Assembly: GCA_965215505.1 (NCBI GenBank)
Contig: OZ244065.1
Coordinates: forward strand, 4,768,001-4,832,000
DNA length: 64,000 nt
Direction: 5' to 3'
DNA from: Capsulimonadaceae bacterium
GTDB lineage: Bacteria > Armatimonadota > Armatimonadia > Armatimonadales > Capsulimonadaceae
Shown here: one piece after another, positions 16,857-26,365 of the stretch
How positions within the stretch are numbered: the first letter of the stretch is position 1
How the letters are laid out: each line of letters begins with the position of its first letter
Notes under the pieces: model-generated
What the model saw: the letters and a program-made list of their open reading frames with translations, nothing else
What the model was told of the DNA's origin: nothing
The model's database searches: none
Program-made: the position numbers and the translations under genes

Positions 16857-18344
16857 ATGCGTAACCCATCGGCAACAACGATCGCCCTTCTCGCCCTGAC
16901 CGGCACGCTGGCGACCGGGGCCATCCTGGCACAGACCGCCACGACCGCACCCGCCGCCCTGGCCCCCGCCGGCCCCATCCAGATCGCGCTGCCGTTCAAC
17001 AAGGCCATCGTCCGCGAGTCCGTCCCGATCCGCCTGCGCGAGTTCCCCAAAGGCGGCTACGTCTCCATCAGCATTGATGGCCGGTTCGTCACCGCCCAGG
17101 CCCTCCCCGACAACCCGCGCGAACCCGTCTACATCTGGGACACCAAGGCCCCGTATGCCCCGACCGACTCGCCCGACACGCTCCGCACCTACAATGACGG
17201 CCCGCACGCCCTCACCCTGGCCGTCTATGAGGGCCTGCGCGGGAGCCGCCTCATCGGCCAGGACACCGTCTCCGTCCAGCTCGCCAACAAGATCAACCTG
17301 CCCTCCGGCCAGGGCATCACCATGACCTACCCCTGGAAGACCAGCCGCGACCTGCGCTACCAGCGGCGCACCGACCTGACCGCCGCCGCGACCGATGCCG
17401 CCCCCACCACCGCGCCGCCGCCCATCCAGGAGTCGCGCCTGCGCTTCACCCGCAGCGTCGAGAACGCCGAAGGCGGCGAGTATCTCATCCGCGATGAGAT
17501 CATCCCCGTGGACCACGCCGCGCGGCCCAAGCCGTTCGTCTCCTACGTCTCCACGCGCGGCAGCGTCGCCCCGCTCGGCACGGTCCGCGCCCTGTACCGC
17601 ACCGTGGACGCGCGCGGGCGCGTCCTGTCCGACCTGCCCTCCCAGAACCGGGGCGACGCCGTCGGCTTCTCCATCCCCGTGCTGCCCCCGCGCCGCGTCT
17701 CCGTCGGCGCGCACTGGGAAACCCCGGTCAAGCTCACCCTGGACTGGACCTCGCCCACGCCCGCGTCCGTGACGGCCACCAGCACGCTCGAAGACTTCGA
17801 GTGGCAGGACCGCTACCCGACCGCCAAGATCCGCGAAACCTATGTCGGCCCCGCCCTCTTCCGGCCCGCCCCCGGCTCGCCCCTGCCGCCGCTCGCGGCC
17901 CAAGACATCAAGTTCGAGCGCGTCATCTACTTCGCCTACAATGCCGGCCGGGTCGTCCGCACGCAGACGACACTGTCCGTGACCACGACCACGCCGGGCC
18001 TCCTCTCGGGCGGCGGGGGCTTCGGCGGGGGCTTCCCCGGCGGCGGCTACCCCGGTGCGGGTGGCGGCGGATTCCCCGGCGCAGGCGGTTTCCCCGGCGG
18101 CGGCTACCCTGGGGCCGGCGGCGGCTTCGGCGGTGCCGCCAATGAAGAAGGGCGGCCACAAGGCGGCTTCGGCGGCGGCTACCCTGGGGCCGGCGGCGGG
18201 GGCTTCCCCGGCGGCGGGGGCTTCCCCGGCGGCGGCGGCTATCCCGGCGCGGGCGGCGGCTTCGGCGGCGGGTTCACCGGCGGCGCGGGCAATCCCAATT
18301 CGCCCACCAAGCTCGTCTACACCGAAACCACCGTGATCATCTAG
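16857..18344 (+). CDS. Secreted hypothetical protein with GG(F/Y)PG low-complexity insertion
   Basis: Signal peptide; Ig-like N-terminal segment; repeated GGFPG/GGYPG near the C-terminus. Confidence 0.75.
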   Translation: MRNPSATTIALLALTGTLATGAILAQTATTAPAALAPAGPIQIALPFNKAIVRESVPIRLREFPKGGYVSISIDGRFVTAQALPDNPREPVYIWDTKAPYAPTDSPDTLRTYNDGPHALTLAVYEGLRGSRLIGQDTVSVQLANKINLPSGQGITMTYPWKTSRDLRYQRRTDLTAAATDAAPTTAPPPIQESRLRFTRSVENAEGGEYLIRDEIIPVDHAARPKPFVSYVSTRGSVAPLGTVRALYRTVDARGRVLSDLPSQNRGDAVGFSIPVLPPRRVSVGAHWETPVKLTLDWTSPTPASVTATSTLEDFEWQDRYPTAKIRETYVGPALFRPAPGSPLPPLAAQDIKFERVIYFAYNAGRVVRTQTTLSVTTTTPGLLSGGGGFGGGFPGGGYPGAGGGGFPGAGGFPGGGYPGAGGGFGGAANEEGRPQGGFGGGYPGAGGGGFPGGGGFPGGGGYPGAGGGFGGGFTGGAGNPNSPTKLVYTETTVII

Positions 18345-18410
18345 CGTCATCATCTAGGCAGCGACGGCGGGGCGGGTTTCAACCCCCGCCCCCGACGGCA
18401 TAATTGAACC

Positions 18411-19214
18411 ATGTCCACCAAACTCCAACTCAGCGGCCCGGAACAGGACCCGAAGCGCGACGAAGAACGGAAGGCCGAGCTGACCGAACACCTGGCCGAG
18501 CTGCGGACGCGCCTCATCCGCGCCTGCCTCTACGTCCTCTTCGGCATGGTCGCCGTTTACCTCCTCAGCAGTCAGATCGAGACGACGCTGATGGCCCCGA
18601 TCAACAAGGTCATCAACGCCCGCAAGGTCGTGGACGGGCAGACGCAGCTCCCGCCCTTTGCCTTCCACTCCTTCACCGACGGCTTCTTCCTGACTCTCCA
18701 GATCGCCACCGTGGGCGGCCTGATCGTCGCCCTGCCGTTCGTGATCCTGGAACTCTGGGGCTTCATCGCCCCCGCCCTGACGACGCACGAGAAGAAGGGC
18801 GTCTACTTCATCGCCCCCATGTCCGTCGTCCTGTTCCTCATGGGCCTGTCCTGCGCCTACCTCATCCTGCCCATGGCCGTCCATTGGTTCCTGAGTTACA
18901 TCCCGCCCGGCGCGGTCCTGATGCAGAACCCGCTGACCTACATCGTCTTCGTCGTCAAGCTCCTGCTCGTCTTCGGCCTGCTCTTCGAGCTGCCCGTCGT
19001 CCTCATGTTCCTCGGCAAGATCGGCATCATCAACTCCGCCCTGATGATCCAGTACTGGCGTCAGATCGCCGTCGCCCTCTTCACCCTGGCGATGGTCGTC
19101 GCCCCCTCCAATGACCCCGGCACCATGCTGGCACTCGCCATCCCGCTCACCCTGCTCTTCTTCGCCTCCATCGGCTTGGTCAAACTGGTCGAGCCGAAGG
19201 TCCAGCTAGACTAG
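18411..19214 (+). CDS. tatC: Twin-arginine translocase subunit TatC
   Basis: LTEHLAELRTRL, WGFIAPAL..HEK, FELP, multi-TM. Confidence 0.95.
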   Translation: MSTKLQLSGPEQDPKRDEERKAELTEHLAELRTRLIRACLYVLFGMVAVYLLSSQIETTLMAPINKVINARKVVDGQTQLPPFAFHSFTDGFFLTLQIATVGGLIVALPFVILELWGFIAPALTTHEKKGVYFIAPMSVVLFLMGLSCAYLILPMAVHWFLSYIPPGAVLMQNPLTYIVFVVKLLLVFGLLFELPVVLMFLGKIGIINSALMIQYWRQIAVALFTLAMVVAPSNDPGTMLALAIPLTLLFFASIGLVKLVEPKVQLD

Positions 19215-19430
19215 ACCTGTATCCGCAAAAATACCGGTTTCGCCGCCCCCCGCGCGAATCCCGGTATCCCCCACAGGCCCCCGGCGGGGACTTGGCCCGG
19301 TTTGTGGATAAGAGGTAGGTGTAAGTCCGCAATAGAAGGCCGTGATGGGGGAGGGGAACGCGCAATGGTCGCTTTGGAACAGCAGAACGCTCGCAAGCAG
19401 AACGCTCGCAAGCAGAACGACGGGGGGACG

Positions 19431-19742
19431 ATGACATGGGGCCGTGCCTGGCTCGCCTGGGACAGCCTGCTCCTCTTCCTGATCTGCACCGCCGACATGT
19501 GTTCGACTCTGTACTGGGTGCATGCCGGGGCGGCCTCGGAGGCGAACCCCTGGATGGCCTTCTGCCTGCACCACGGCGACCTCGCCTTCTGCGCCGCCAA
19601 GATGGTCAGCTTCCTGCCCCTGCTCGCCTTCGCCGCTTACTACCGCCCGCGCCGCCCCCGCCTGATCGCCGTCTCCCTGCGCGGCACCGCCGCCCTGTAT
19701 GTGGGGATCTACCTGATGGCCGTCGGGGGACAGTGGCTATAG
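19431..19742 (+). CDS. DUF5658-like small membrane protein
   Basis: D..ST...EANP.M...K motif. Confidence 0.7.
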   Translation: MTWGRAWLAWDSLLLFLICTADMCSTLYWVHAGAASEANPWMAFCLHHGDLAFCAAKMVSFLPLLAFAAYYRPRRPRLIAVSLRGTAALYVGIYLMAVGGQWL

Positions 19743-19860
19743 GCCAGAAGAGGGCAGACAAAAAGAGGGCAGGGAAACCCTGCCCCTACGCCGCATCTCG
19801 TAGGGGCGGGGTCCCCCCGCCCTCCTCATCCCCGCCCTTTATCCTCTGCGGAATCCAGCC

Positions 19861-20313
19861 CTAAATATAGTACATCAGCGCCTCGACCGCCTCACCCGTC
19901 CGCGCCGGGCTGGCCGCCCCGTCCTCCGCCAGCACCTCGATGGACGTGTTCTCCAGGATGTCCCTGATGCTGTCCCGGACCCGGCGCAGGACGCGGGCCA
20001 ATTCCGACGAATCCGCGTTGTCGTCCGCCCACTTCGGGATCGGCATCAGCAGGCCCTCCAGGTGACGCAGGGCCTCCGCCAGCGACACGTCGCTCGGCTC
20101 CCGGTTCAGCCGGTAGCCGCCGTGCTGCCCGCGCTTGCTCTCCAAAATGCCCGCATGGGACAACGGCAGCAGAACCTGCTCCAGGTACTTCTGGGACGTG
20201 TCGCAGCGCGAAGCCAGCTCCCCGACTTGCAGGTAGCCGTTGCCCGCCCGCCAGTTGCGGATGAGGTCGCCCAGTACGCGCAGGCCGTACTGGCTCTTAG
20301 TAGTGAGTCGCAT
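19861..20313 (-). CDS. Rrf2 family transcriptional regulator (CymR-like)
   Basis: MRLTTKSQYGLR, YLEQVL, SKRGQHGGYRL, C-terminal MYYI; lacks IscR cysteines. Confidence 0.9.
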   Translation of the reverse strand: MRLTTKSQYGLRVLGDLIRNWRAGNGYLQVGELASRCDTSQKYLEQVLLPLSHAGILESKRGQHGGYRLNREPSDVSLAEALRHLEGLLMPIPKWADDNADSSELARVLRRVRDSIRDILENTSIEVLAEDGAASPARTGEAVEALMYYI

Positions 20314-20385
20314 AGAGGTGAATGAAGGCGGGGAAAAGGAACAAAAGAGGGCGCACCCACGGGTGCGCCCTTCGTCTAGTGGCTG

Positions 20386-21291
20386 TTACGGGGGGCAGAC
20401 TTTGCCGCCGCCGTCCGTTCCGGCCACAGTCGGTACTTCGCGCTCGATAGGGGCACCGATGATGGACCCCCATTCGGTCCACGAGCCGTCATAATTCTTG
20501 GCGTTCTCGTAGCCCAGCAGGTTGTACAGCACGAACCAGGTGTGCGACGACCGCTCGCCGATTCGGCAGTACGCGATTACGTCCTTACCCTCGCTGACGC
20601 CCTTGCCCGCGTAGAACGCCTTCAGGTCCTCGGCGGATTTGAATGTGCCGTCGTCCTTCACCGCGTTCAGCCACGGGGCCGACTGCGCGCCGGGGATGTG
20701 GCCGCCGCGCTGCGCCGTCTCGCTCATGCCCGGAGGTGCAATCACCTTGCCGGTGAACTCATCGGGTGAACGGACGTCAATCAGGGTCAGATTGGGGTCG
20801 TTCAGCTTCTGGAGGACCTGGTCGCGGTAGGCCCGCAGTTCCCAGTTCGGCTCCGAAGCCTGGTACTGCGCCGGGGTGGGGGAGGGGGCCTCGGTCGTCA
20901 GTTCGCGGCCCTCGGCCACCCACTTTTTTCGGCCGCCGTTGACCAGCTTCAGCTTGCTCCGGTCATGGCCGTAGATCAGGAACAGCCAGTAGCCGAAGGT
21001 CGCGAACCAGTTGTTGTTGTCGCCGTAAAGCACCAGGGTGTCGCCGTTACCGATCCCCGCGCGGCTCAACAGTCTCTCCCACTGGCCCTTGTCCGGCACG
21101 TCGCGCCGCAGGGTGTCTTCAAGCTCCGTCTGCCAGTTGAAGCCAATCGCGCCCGCGATGTGGCCCTGGGCGTAGGCCTCGGTGTCCACATCAATTTCAA
21201 TCAGCTTGAACTCGCCGGAGTCCAGATGCTGCGCCACCCAATCGGTCTCGACAAGGACCTCCGGGTGCGCGTAATTGCTTCCGTCTGCCAT
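20386..21291 (-). CDS. Thiosulfate sulfurtransferase (tandem rhodanese, SseA/CysA-type)
   Basis: YAHPEVLV, GHIPGA, YCRIGERSS, NYDGSWTEWG. Confidence 0.93.
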   Translation of the reverse strand: MADGSNYAHPEVLVETDWVAQHLDSGEFKLIEIDVDTEAYAQGHIAGAIGFNWQTELEDTLRRDVPDKGQWERLLSRAGIGNGDTLVLYGDNNNWFATFGYWLFLIYGHDRSKLKLVNGGRKKWVAEGRELTTEAPSPTPAQYQASEPNWELRAYRDQVLQKLNDPNLTLIDVRSPDEFTGKVIAPPGMSETAQRGGHIPGAQSAPWLNAVKDDGTFKSAEDLKAFYAGKGVSEGKDVIAYCRIGERSSHTWFVLYNLLGYENAKNYDGSWTEWGSIIGAPIEREVPTVAGTDGGGKVCPP

Positions 21292-21323
21292 CGTTGGTGT
21301 TCTCCTCTGCCCCTTCGGGCGAC

Positions 21324-21596
21324 TTAATACGCCTGCACTTCTTCCGCGCCGATGAAGCCGACGCCGACGCCGAACGCCTTCCAGAATGCGATGCTCTCGT
21401 CGATCTGTTTTTCGGTGCCGGTCAGCTCCAGCATGATATAGCCGCCCGTCTGCGGCTCGACCTGCGCCCGCCGGATGTCGGCGATGACACCGAAGTTCCG
21501 GATCGCCTGCGCCAAAAGCGGCTGGTCCACGCGCTCGACCGGGAATGTCAGGTTTAGCCGGACGGACTGCGAACTGTCGGGGGATGTGATGCTCAT
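21324..21596 (-). CDS. NIL domain protein
   Basis: RLNLTFP...QPLL...DIRRAQV...GYIMLELTG. Confidence 0.75.
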   Translation of the reverse strand: MSITSPDSSQSVRLNLTFPVERVDQPLLAQAIRNFGVIADIRRAQVEPQTGGYIMLELTGTEKQIDESIAFWKAFGVGVGFIGAEEVQAY

Positions 21597-21653
21597 GGTG
21601 AATGACCCGGCCTGACCGGCTGTTAAGCCTTTGTTTACATTGTCTAGCGATTT

Positions 21654-21710
21654 ACAGGACAAAGCATCCTGTGTTCGGGCAATATACCCGGCAGGCGGGG
21701 GAGGTGTCAA
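21654..21710 (-). promoter_or_regulatory. Sigma70-type promoter with downstream palindromic operator for the NIL-rhodanese-Rrf2 genes
   Basis: TTGACA (21710-21705), 18 nt, TATATT (21686-21681); ACAGGA-N7-TCCTGT at 21654-21672. Confidence 0.65.
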
Positions 21711-21761
21711 GAGGCCAGTGACACGAAAGGGGACGCACCGGCAGTGCGCCCCCCTGCCCGA

Positions 21762-23240
21762 TTAATACTTCGGAACACTCGGGTCTACGTCGTCCGACCA
21801 GGCCAGGATGCCGCCAGTCAGGTTGTGCAGCTTCTTGAACCCCGCCTCCTTGAAGATCTGCAAAGCCTCGGAGGACCGCTTGCCGCTCTTGCAATGCAGG
21901 ACGATGTCATCCGCCGTGTCGAACTCGTGCAGGCGCTCTTTGACTGTCCCCAGTGGCACCAGCTTGGAGCCGGGAATGTGGCCGATGGCGTACTCATACG
22001 GCTCGCGCACGTCAAGCAGGGTGAACTTGTCGCCCCGTTCCTGCCGCGCCTTCAGCGCGAGGGCCGTGATCTCCTCGCCGTCCGTCAGTGCCGGGCCTTC
22101 GTTCCCGCGCCCGACGCCGCAGAACTCGTCGTAGTCGATCAAGTGCGTGATCGTGGGGTTCTGGCCGCAGACCGGGCAGTTTGGGTCTTTACGCAGCTTC
22201 AGCTCGCGGAAGGACATCTTCAAGGCGTTGAACAGCATCAAGCGCCCGACGAGCGGCTGGCCTTCGCTCAGGATCAGCTTGACGACCTCGATGGCCTGGA
22301 TGACCCCGATGATGCCGGGCAGGACGCCCAGCACGCCGCCCTCGGCGCACGAGGGGACCAGGCCGGGCGGGGGAGGCTCCGGGTACAGGCAGCGGTAGCA
22401 GGGGCCGTCCTGGGCGTAGAAGACGCTGGCCTGACCCTCGAACCGGAAGATGGAGCCGTAGACGTTCGGCTTGCCCAGCAGCACGCAGGCGTCGTTGACG
22501 AGGTAGCGAGTCTGGAAATTGTCCGTGCCGTCCGCGATGACGTCGTAGTCCTTCAGGATGTCCATCGCGTTCTCCGAGGTCAGCATGACCTCGTGCTTGA
22601 CGATGTTGACATACGGGTTGATCTCTTTGAGCGTCTGTTCGGCGCTGTCGATCTTCGGCATCCCGATGGAGCTTTCCCGGTGGACGATCTGCCGCTGCAA
22701 GTTGGTCACGTCCACGGTGTCAAAGTCCACCAGGCCGATGGTGCCGACGCCCGCCGCCGCCAGGTACATGGTCAGGGGTGCGCCCAGGCCGCCCGTGCCG
22801 ACGCACAGCACCTTTGCCGCCTTGAGCCGCTTCTGGCCCTCCATCGTCACTTCCGGCATGATGAGGTGCCGCGAGTACCGCATCACCTCATCGTTGGAGA
22901 GGTCGATCAGGTCAGGATTCTGCGCCAGGTGGAACGAAGGCGACCCGCCCGAGCCGACCGCGTCCAGGCCGCCCGCGATGCTCGGCACGATGGTCAAGGT
23001 GTCGCCGTCCTTCACCGGCGTCGCCCCCGCCTGCAAGTACCGGCTGTCCTCGTCGTTGACGTAGACGTTGACAAAGGCCCGCAGCGTTCCGTCGTCGTTG
23101 AACAGGTGCTTGCGGATGTCGGGGTAGTTCTCGGCGAGGTGCTGCAAGGCGTGGTCCACGGTCGCACCGCCCACCTCCACCTCTTCCTTGTTCATCGTGT
23201 ACCGCTGCATCGGGGTCGGTACGACTATCTTCACGGACAT
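21762..23240 (-). CDS. MoaD/CysO ubiquitin-like sulfur carrier fused to MoeB/MoeZ adenylyltransferase-rhodanese
   Basis: N-terminal beta-grasp ending VPSIAGG; RYSRHL, GTGGLG, NLQRQ, CYRC, PSCAEGGVLG, CPVC; C-terminal rhodanese HCKSGKRS. Confidence 0.92.
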   Translation of the reverse strand: MSVKIVVPTPMQRYTMNKEEVEVGGATVDHALQHLAENYPDIRKHLFNDDGTLRAFVNVYVNDEDSRYLQAGATPVKDGDTLTIVPSIAGGLDAVGSGGSPSFHLAQNPDLIDLSNDEVMRYSRHLIMPEVTMEGQKRLKAAKVLCVGTGGLGAPLTMYLAAAGVGTIGLVDFDTVDVTNLQRQIVHRESSIGMPKIDSAEQTLKEINPYVNIVKHEVMLTSENAMDILKDYDVIADGTDNFQTRYLVNDACVLLGKPNVYGSIFRFEGQASVFYAQDGPCYRCLYPEPPPPGLVPSCAEGGVLGVLPGIIGVIQAIEVVKLILSEGQPLVGRLMLFNALKMSFRELKLRKDPNCPVCGQNPTITHLIDYDEFCGVGRGNEGPALTDGEEITALALKARQERGDKFTLLDVREPYEYAIGHIPGSKLVPLGTVKERLHEFDTADDIVLHCKSGKRSSEALQIFKEAGFKKLHNLTGGILAWSDDVDPSVPKY

Positions 23241-23258
23241 GGTCTCATCTCCTCGGGA

Positions 23259-23684
23259 TCATTCTACCAAAGTAACGGCGTCTTCGTCGAAGCCACCCCG
23301 GTCCTCACGCAGCAGCCAGTTCCGCATCTCCTGCGGGACGCCCTGCCGGACCGACACGATGACGTAACAGTACCCCGGCCAGGCGTGTTCCCGGTCGAAG
23401 TTTGACGGCTGCGCGGGTGCGTCCGGGTGTGAGTGGTAGAACCCGACCACGCCCAGTCCTTCCGCCCGCGCCGCCCGGTCGGTCCTGACTAGCTCGCCGG
23501 GGTCAATCTCGAAGCGGTTGCGCGGCGAGTCCTCCCGCGTGTTCGCGGCGGGGACGGTCCGGGCCACCGTCACCGCGTCCCCGTCTGCTCTGCCTACGAG
23601 GAACCCGCAGCACTCGTGCGGGTAATCCCGCGCCCCGTGCGCGCGCATGGCAGCGTCGTGTTCGGCTGTGATAACTAAAGGCAT
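23259..23684 (-). CDS. JAMM/M67 metallopeptidase (Mec-like CysO-cysteine peptidase)
   Basis: YPHECCG and YHSHPD...PS..D JAMM motif. Confidence 0.9.
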   Translation of the reverse strand: MPLVITAEHDAAMRAHGARDYPHECCGFLVGRADGDAVTVARTVPAANTREDSPRNRFEIDPGELVRTDRAARAEGLGVVGFYHSHPDAPAQPSNFDREHAWPGYCYVIVSVRQGVPQEMRNWLLREDRGGFDEDAVTLVE

Positions 23685-23691
23685 GATGTGT

Positions 23692-24075
23692 TCACTTTAC
23701 AGGCGGGGGCGGCCAAACCCCTTCATCCACTTGATTGGGACGGGGGGCAGCTTGCGGCTCGCCATTATCCCAGCGCACTTCTACTCTGTTCGAGAACAGC
23801 CCTAGCCACTCCGCGCCGCAGCAGACCCATCCGCCGTGTTCCTGGCCCAGACTGTCGCGCACCGTGACATGGTAGAAGGTCCTGCCATGGGGGTTCTCCC
23901 AGCGGAAAGGCCCGAGGTTGACCAGCGGCTGCTTCTTCGCGAGAACGGTGTACCCAAGTTCCTCAGCCCAGTCGGAAATCATCCTGCTGGACCGTCGCGA
24001 CTCCCAGAAGATCGCCGCAAGTGCAACGACAACTAAGAGCAGAAAGCCGACGAGGATGATGACAAAAGGGTCCAT
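23692..24075 (-). CDS. Hypothetical single-TM protein ending VWPPPPVK
   Basis: N-terminal TM; co-oriented within the operon. Confidence 0.65.
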   Translation of the reverse strand: MDPFVIILVGFLLLVVVALAAIFWESRRSSRMISDWAEELGYTVLAKKQPLVNLGPFRWENPHGRTFYHVTVRDSLGQEHGGWVCCGAEWLGLFSNRVEVRWDNGEPQAAPRPNQVDEGVWPPPPVK

Positions 24076-24107
24076 GCTGACGGCCGCCGCCTTTCGCCTT
24101 TGACGTG

Positions 24108-25049
24108 CTAAATCTGCGGGTGCGGCTCTTCCTCGCCCTCTGTCCAGAACCGCTCGGATAGATACCGGTCCGCGCTGTCACACAGAATGGTCACGATGAC
24201 GCTGCCGGGCGGCGCGGTCTTCGCCACTTGCAGGGCGCTGTGGACGTTGCCGCCCGCCGAGATGCCGACAAGCAGGCCCTCCTCGCGGGCCAGGCGCTTG
24301 ACCATGACGTAGGCGTCCTCGGTGCGGCACTCGACGTTCTCGTCGGCCACGGTCGGGTCATAGATGGGAGGCACGATGGCCGTCTCCAGGTGCTTCAAGC
24401 CTTCCAGGCCGTTAAAGGGCGAGTCGGGCTGCATGGAGATCAGCTTGATGCCGGGATGCACCTCTTTGAGGTAGCGCCCCGTCCCCATCATGGTCCCGGT
24501 CGTTCCCAGGCCGGCGAGGAAGTGGGTGATGCGGCCCTCCGTCTGCTGCCAGATCTCCGGCCCGGTCCCCTTGTAGTGCGCCCGCCAGTTGTTGTCGTTG
24601 CCGTACTGGTCGGGGTAGAAGTAGAGGTCCGGGTCCTCGGCGTACAGCTTCTTGACCATCCGAATGGCCCCATCCGACTGCTCGGCGGGCGGCGTGTAGA
24701 CGATCTCCGCGCCATAGGCCTGCAAGATCTTCTTACGCTCCGGCGAGACGTTCTTGGGCAGGCACAGGCGCACCTTGTAGCCCCGCGCCGCGCCGATCAT
24801 GGCATAGGCGATGCCCGTATTGCCCGAGGTCGCGTCCAGGATGACCTTGCCGGGATGCAGCAGCCCGGCCTTCTCGCCCTCCAGGATCATGTTGAGCGCG
24901 GGCCGGTCCTTGACCGAGCCGCCGGGGTTGAAGAATTCGGCCTTGCCGTACAGCTCGACGCCGGGCGCGTCCCGCTCGATGCGGCACAGGCGGACGAGGG
25001 GCGTGTTCCCGACGAGGTCTTCCAGGCGATGGGCGGACGGGGTGGGCAT
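24108..25049 (-). CDS. cysM: PLP-dependent cysteine synthase (CysM-type)
   Basis: VGNTPLV, NPGGSVKDR, TSGNTG, GTTGT, EEGLLVGIS, RYLS. Confidence 0.9.
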   Translation of the reverse strand: MPTPSAHRLEDLVGNTPLVRLCRIERDAPGVELYGKAEFFNPGGSVKDRPALNMILEGEKAGLLHPGKVILDATSGNTGIAYAMIGAARGYKVRLCLPKNVSPERKKILQAYGAEIVYTPPAEQSDGAIRMVKKLYAEDPDLYFYPDQYGNDNNWRAHYKGTGPEIWQQTEGRITHFLAGLGTTGTMMGTGRYLKEVHPGIKLISMQPDSPFNGLEGLKHLETAIVPPIYDPTVADENVECRTEDAYVMVKRLAREEGLLVGISAGGNVHSALQVAKTAPPGSVIVTILCDSADRYLSERFWTEGEEEPHPQI

Positions 25050-25208
25050 GGTCTTTTCCTAGTAAGGTACTAGGGAATAGTATACCCACATTCCTGCGCG
25101 CTGTTGGCGGCTCCGCGTGAGAGGATGATACTACGCCGCCCCGGTTTTGCCCGATTTAATGGTGGGAAAATCGTCTGTGAGACACGGATTTTGTAGGAAG
25201 GTAAGAAC

Positions 25209-26018
25209 ATGGCAGACAGTTATCCCAGCCCGGAGCGGCAGAAGAACGAGCAGCAGACCCAGGAAGTGATCCAGGAGAAGGTAAAGGCCAAGAACCTCCT
25301 CCCGTTCGTCATCGCGGGAGTCATTGCAATCGCCCTGATCGCCTGGCTTGCGACCAGCCACTACCGGGCCAGCACGGATGCCAGCCGGGGCGGCCCGGAT
25401 GGCAACGTCTCCACAGCGGGCGCGTCCGGCGGTGGCGCATCGGGCAGCAGCGCCGGAGGCGGCGGGACATCCGGGGCGGGTGCGACCGGCGGCGGCGCTC
25501 CCGGCACCGTCGGCGGGTCGTCCGGCGCGACAAGCGGCGGCGCGGCGGGCACCACGACGAGCGGCGGGAATTCGTCCACGAGCAGCACGGCGACCGGCAG
25601 CGGCGCGACCGGCAGCAGCGGCGGTAACAGCTCCAGCGGCACGACGCCGGGCACGGGCGCGACGAGCGGCGGAGCCTCCGGCTCTGGCGCGGCCGGCGCG
25701 AGCGGCGGGGCGGGCGGTGGGGCTACAGCGGGCGCAGGCGGCGGCGCTACGCCCGGTCCGGCCGGCGCGGGCATGACCGGCGGTAATGCCCCGGCGGCGG
25801 CATCCTCCGGTGCGCCCGGCGCGGGCGGAACCGGCACGACTGGTGCGGCGGGCGCGACCGGAGCAGGTGCGGGTGCCGGAGGCACGGCGGGCGCAGCCGG
25901 AGCGGGCGCGAGCGGCGTCGGCGGGACCGCTGCCGGCAGCTCGTCGGCGGGCGGCTCTAGCGGCGGCGGCGCGGGTGCCAGTGGCGGTGGGGCCGGTGGT
26001 GCAGGCGGCGGCGGTTAA
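25209..26018 (+). CDS. Membrane-anchored Gly/Ala/Ser/Thr-rich low-complexity protein
   Basis: AGGAAGG RBS, single TM, long G/A/S/T tail. Confidence 0.7.
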   Translation: MADSYPSPERQKNEQQTQEVIQEKVKAKNLLPFVIAGVIAIALIAWLATSHYRASTDASRGGPDGNVSTAGASGGGASGSSAGGGGTSGAGATGGGAPGTVGGSSGATSGGAAGTTTSGGNSSTSSTATGSGATGSSGGNSSSGTTPGTGATSGGASGSGAAGASGGAGGGATAGAGGGATPGPAGAGMTGGNAPAAASSGAPGAGGTGTTGAAGATGAGAGAGGTAGAAGAGASGVGGTAAGSSSAGGSSGGGAGASGGGAGGAGGGG

Positions 26019-26069
26019 CGGGCCTGTACCCGCTTTCCGGCGGGAGGAAGCAGGCGAAGGAGAACACCC

Positions 26070-26365
26070 ATGGCGACTGACTATCCTGGTCCCGGTGCGG
26101 GCGGTGACAAAACCCAGAGCATCCCCAAGAAGCTGATGTTCGTGCTTCTGATGGGGATCGTGGCGCTCGTGTTCGTGACAATGCTTGTTCTGATGCATAA
26201 CCACGGCGGCACGAGTTCCGGCAAGGCCGGCCAGCCCGCCGACGCTGCGACCGGGCCGCAGATGGGAACGGAAGGCCCGGCTCGGCAGGGACGCGGACCG
26301 GCGGCGCGTCGAGCGGGTCGCCCGCCGCCCCTAACGCGGGAGCGCCAGGGGCGGCGGCACCTTAA
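26070..26365 (+). CDS. Small membrane-anchored Gly/Ala-rich protein, probable frameshift near 26275
   Basis: AAGGAG RBS and TM; alternative frame continues GSAGTRTGGASSGSPAAPNAGAPGAAAP* to TAA at 26363-26365. Confidence 0.5.
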
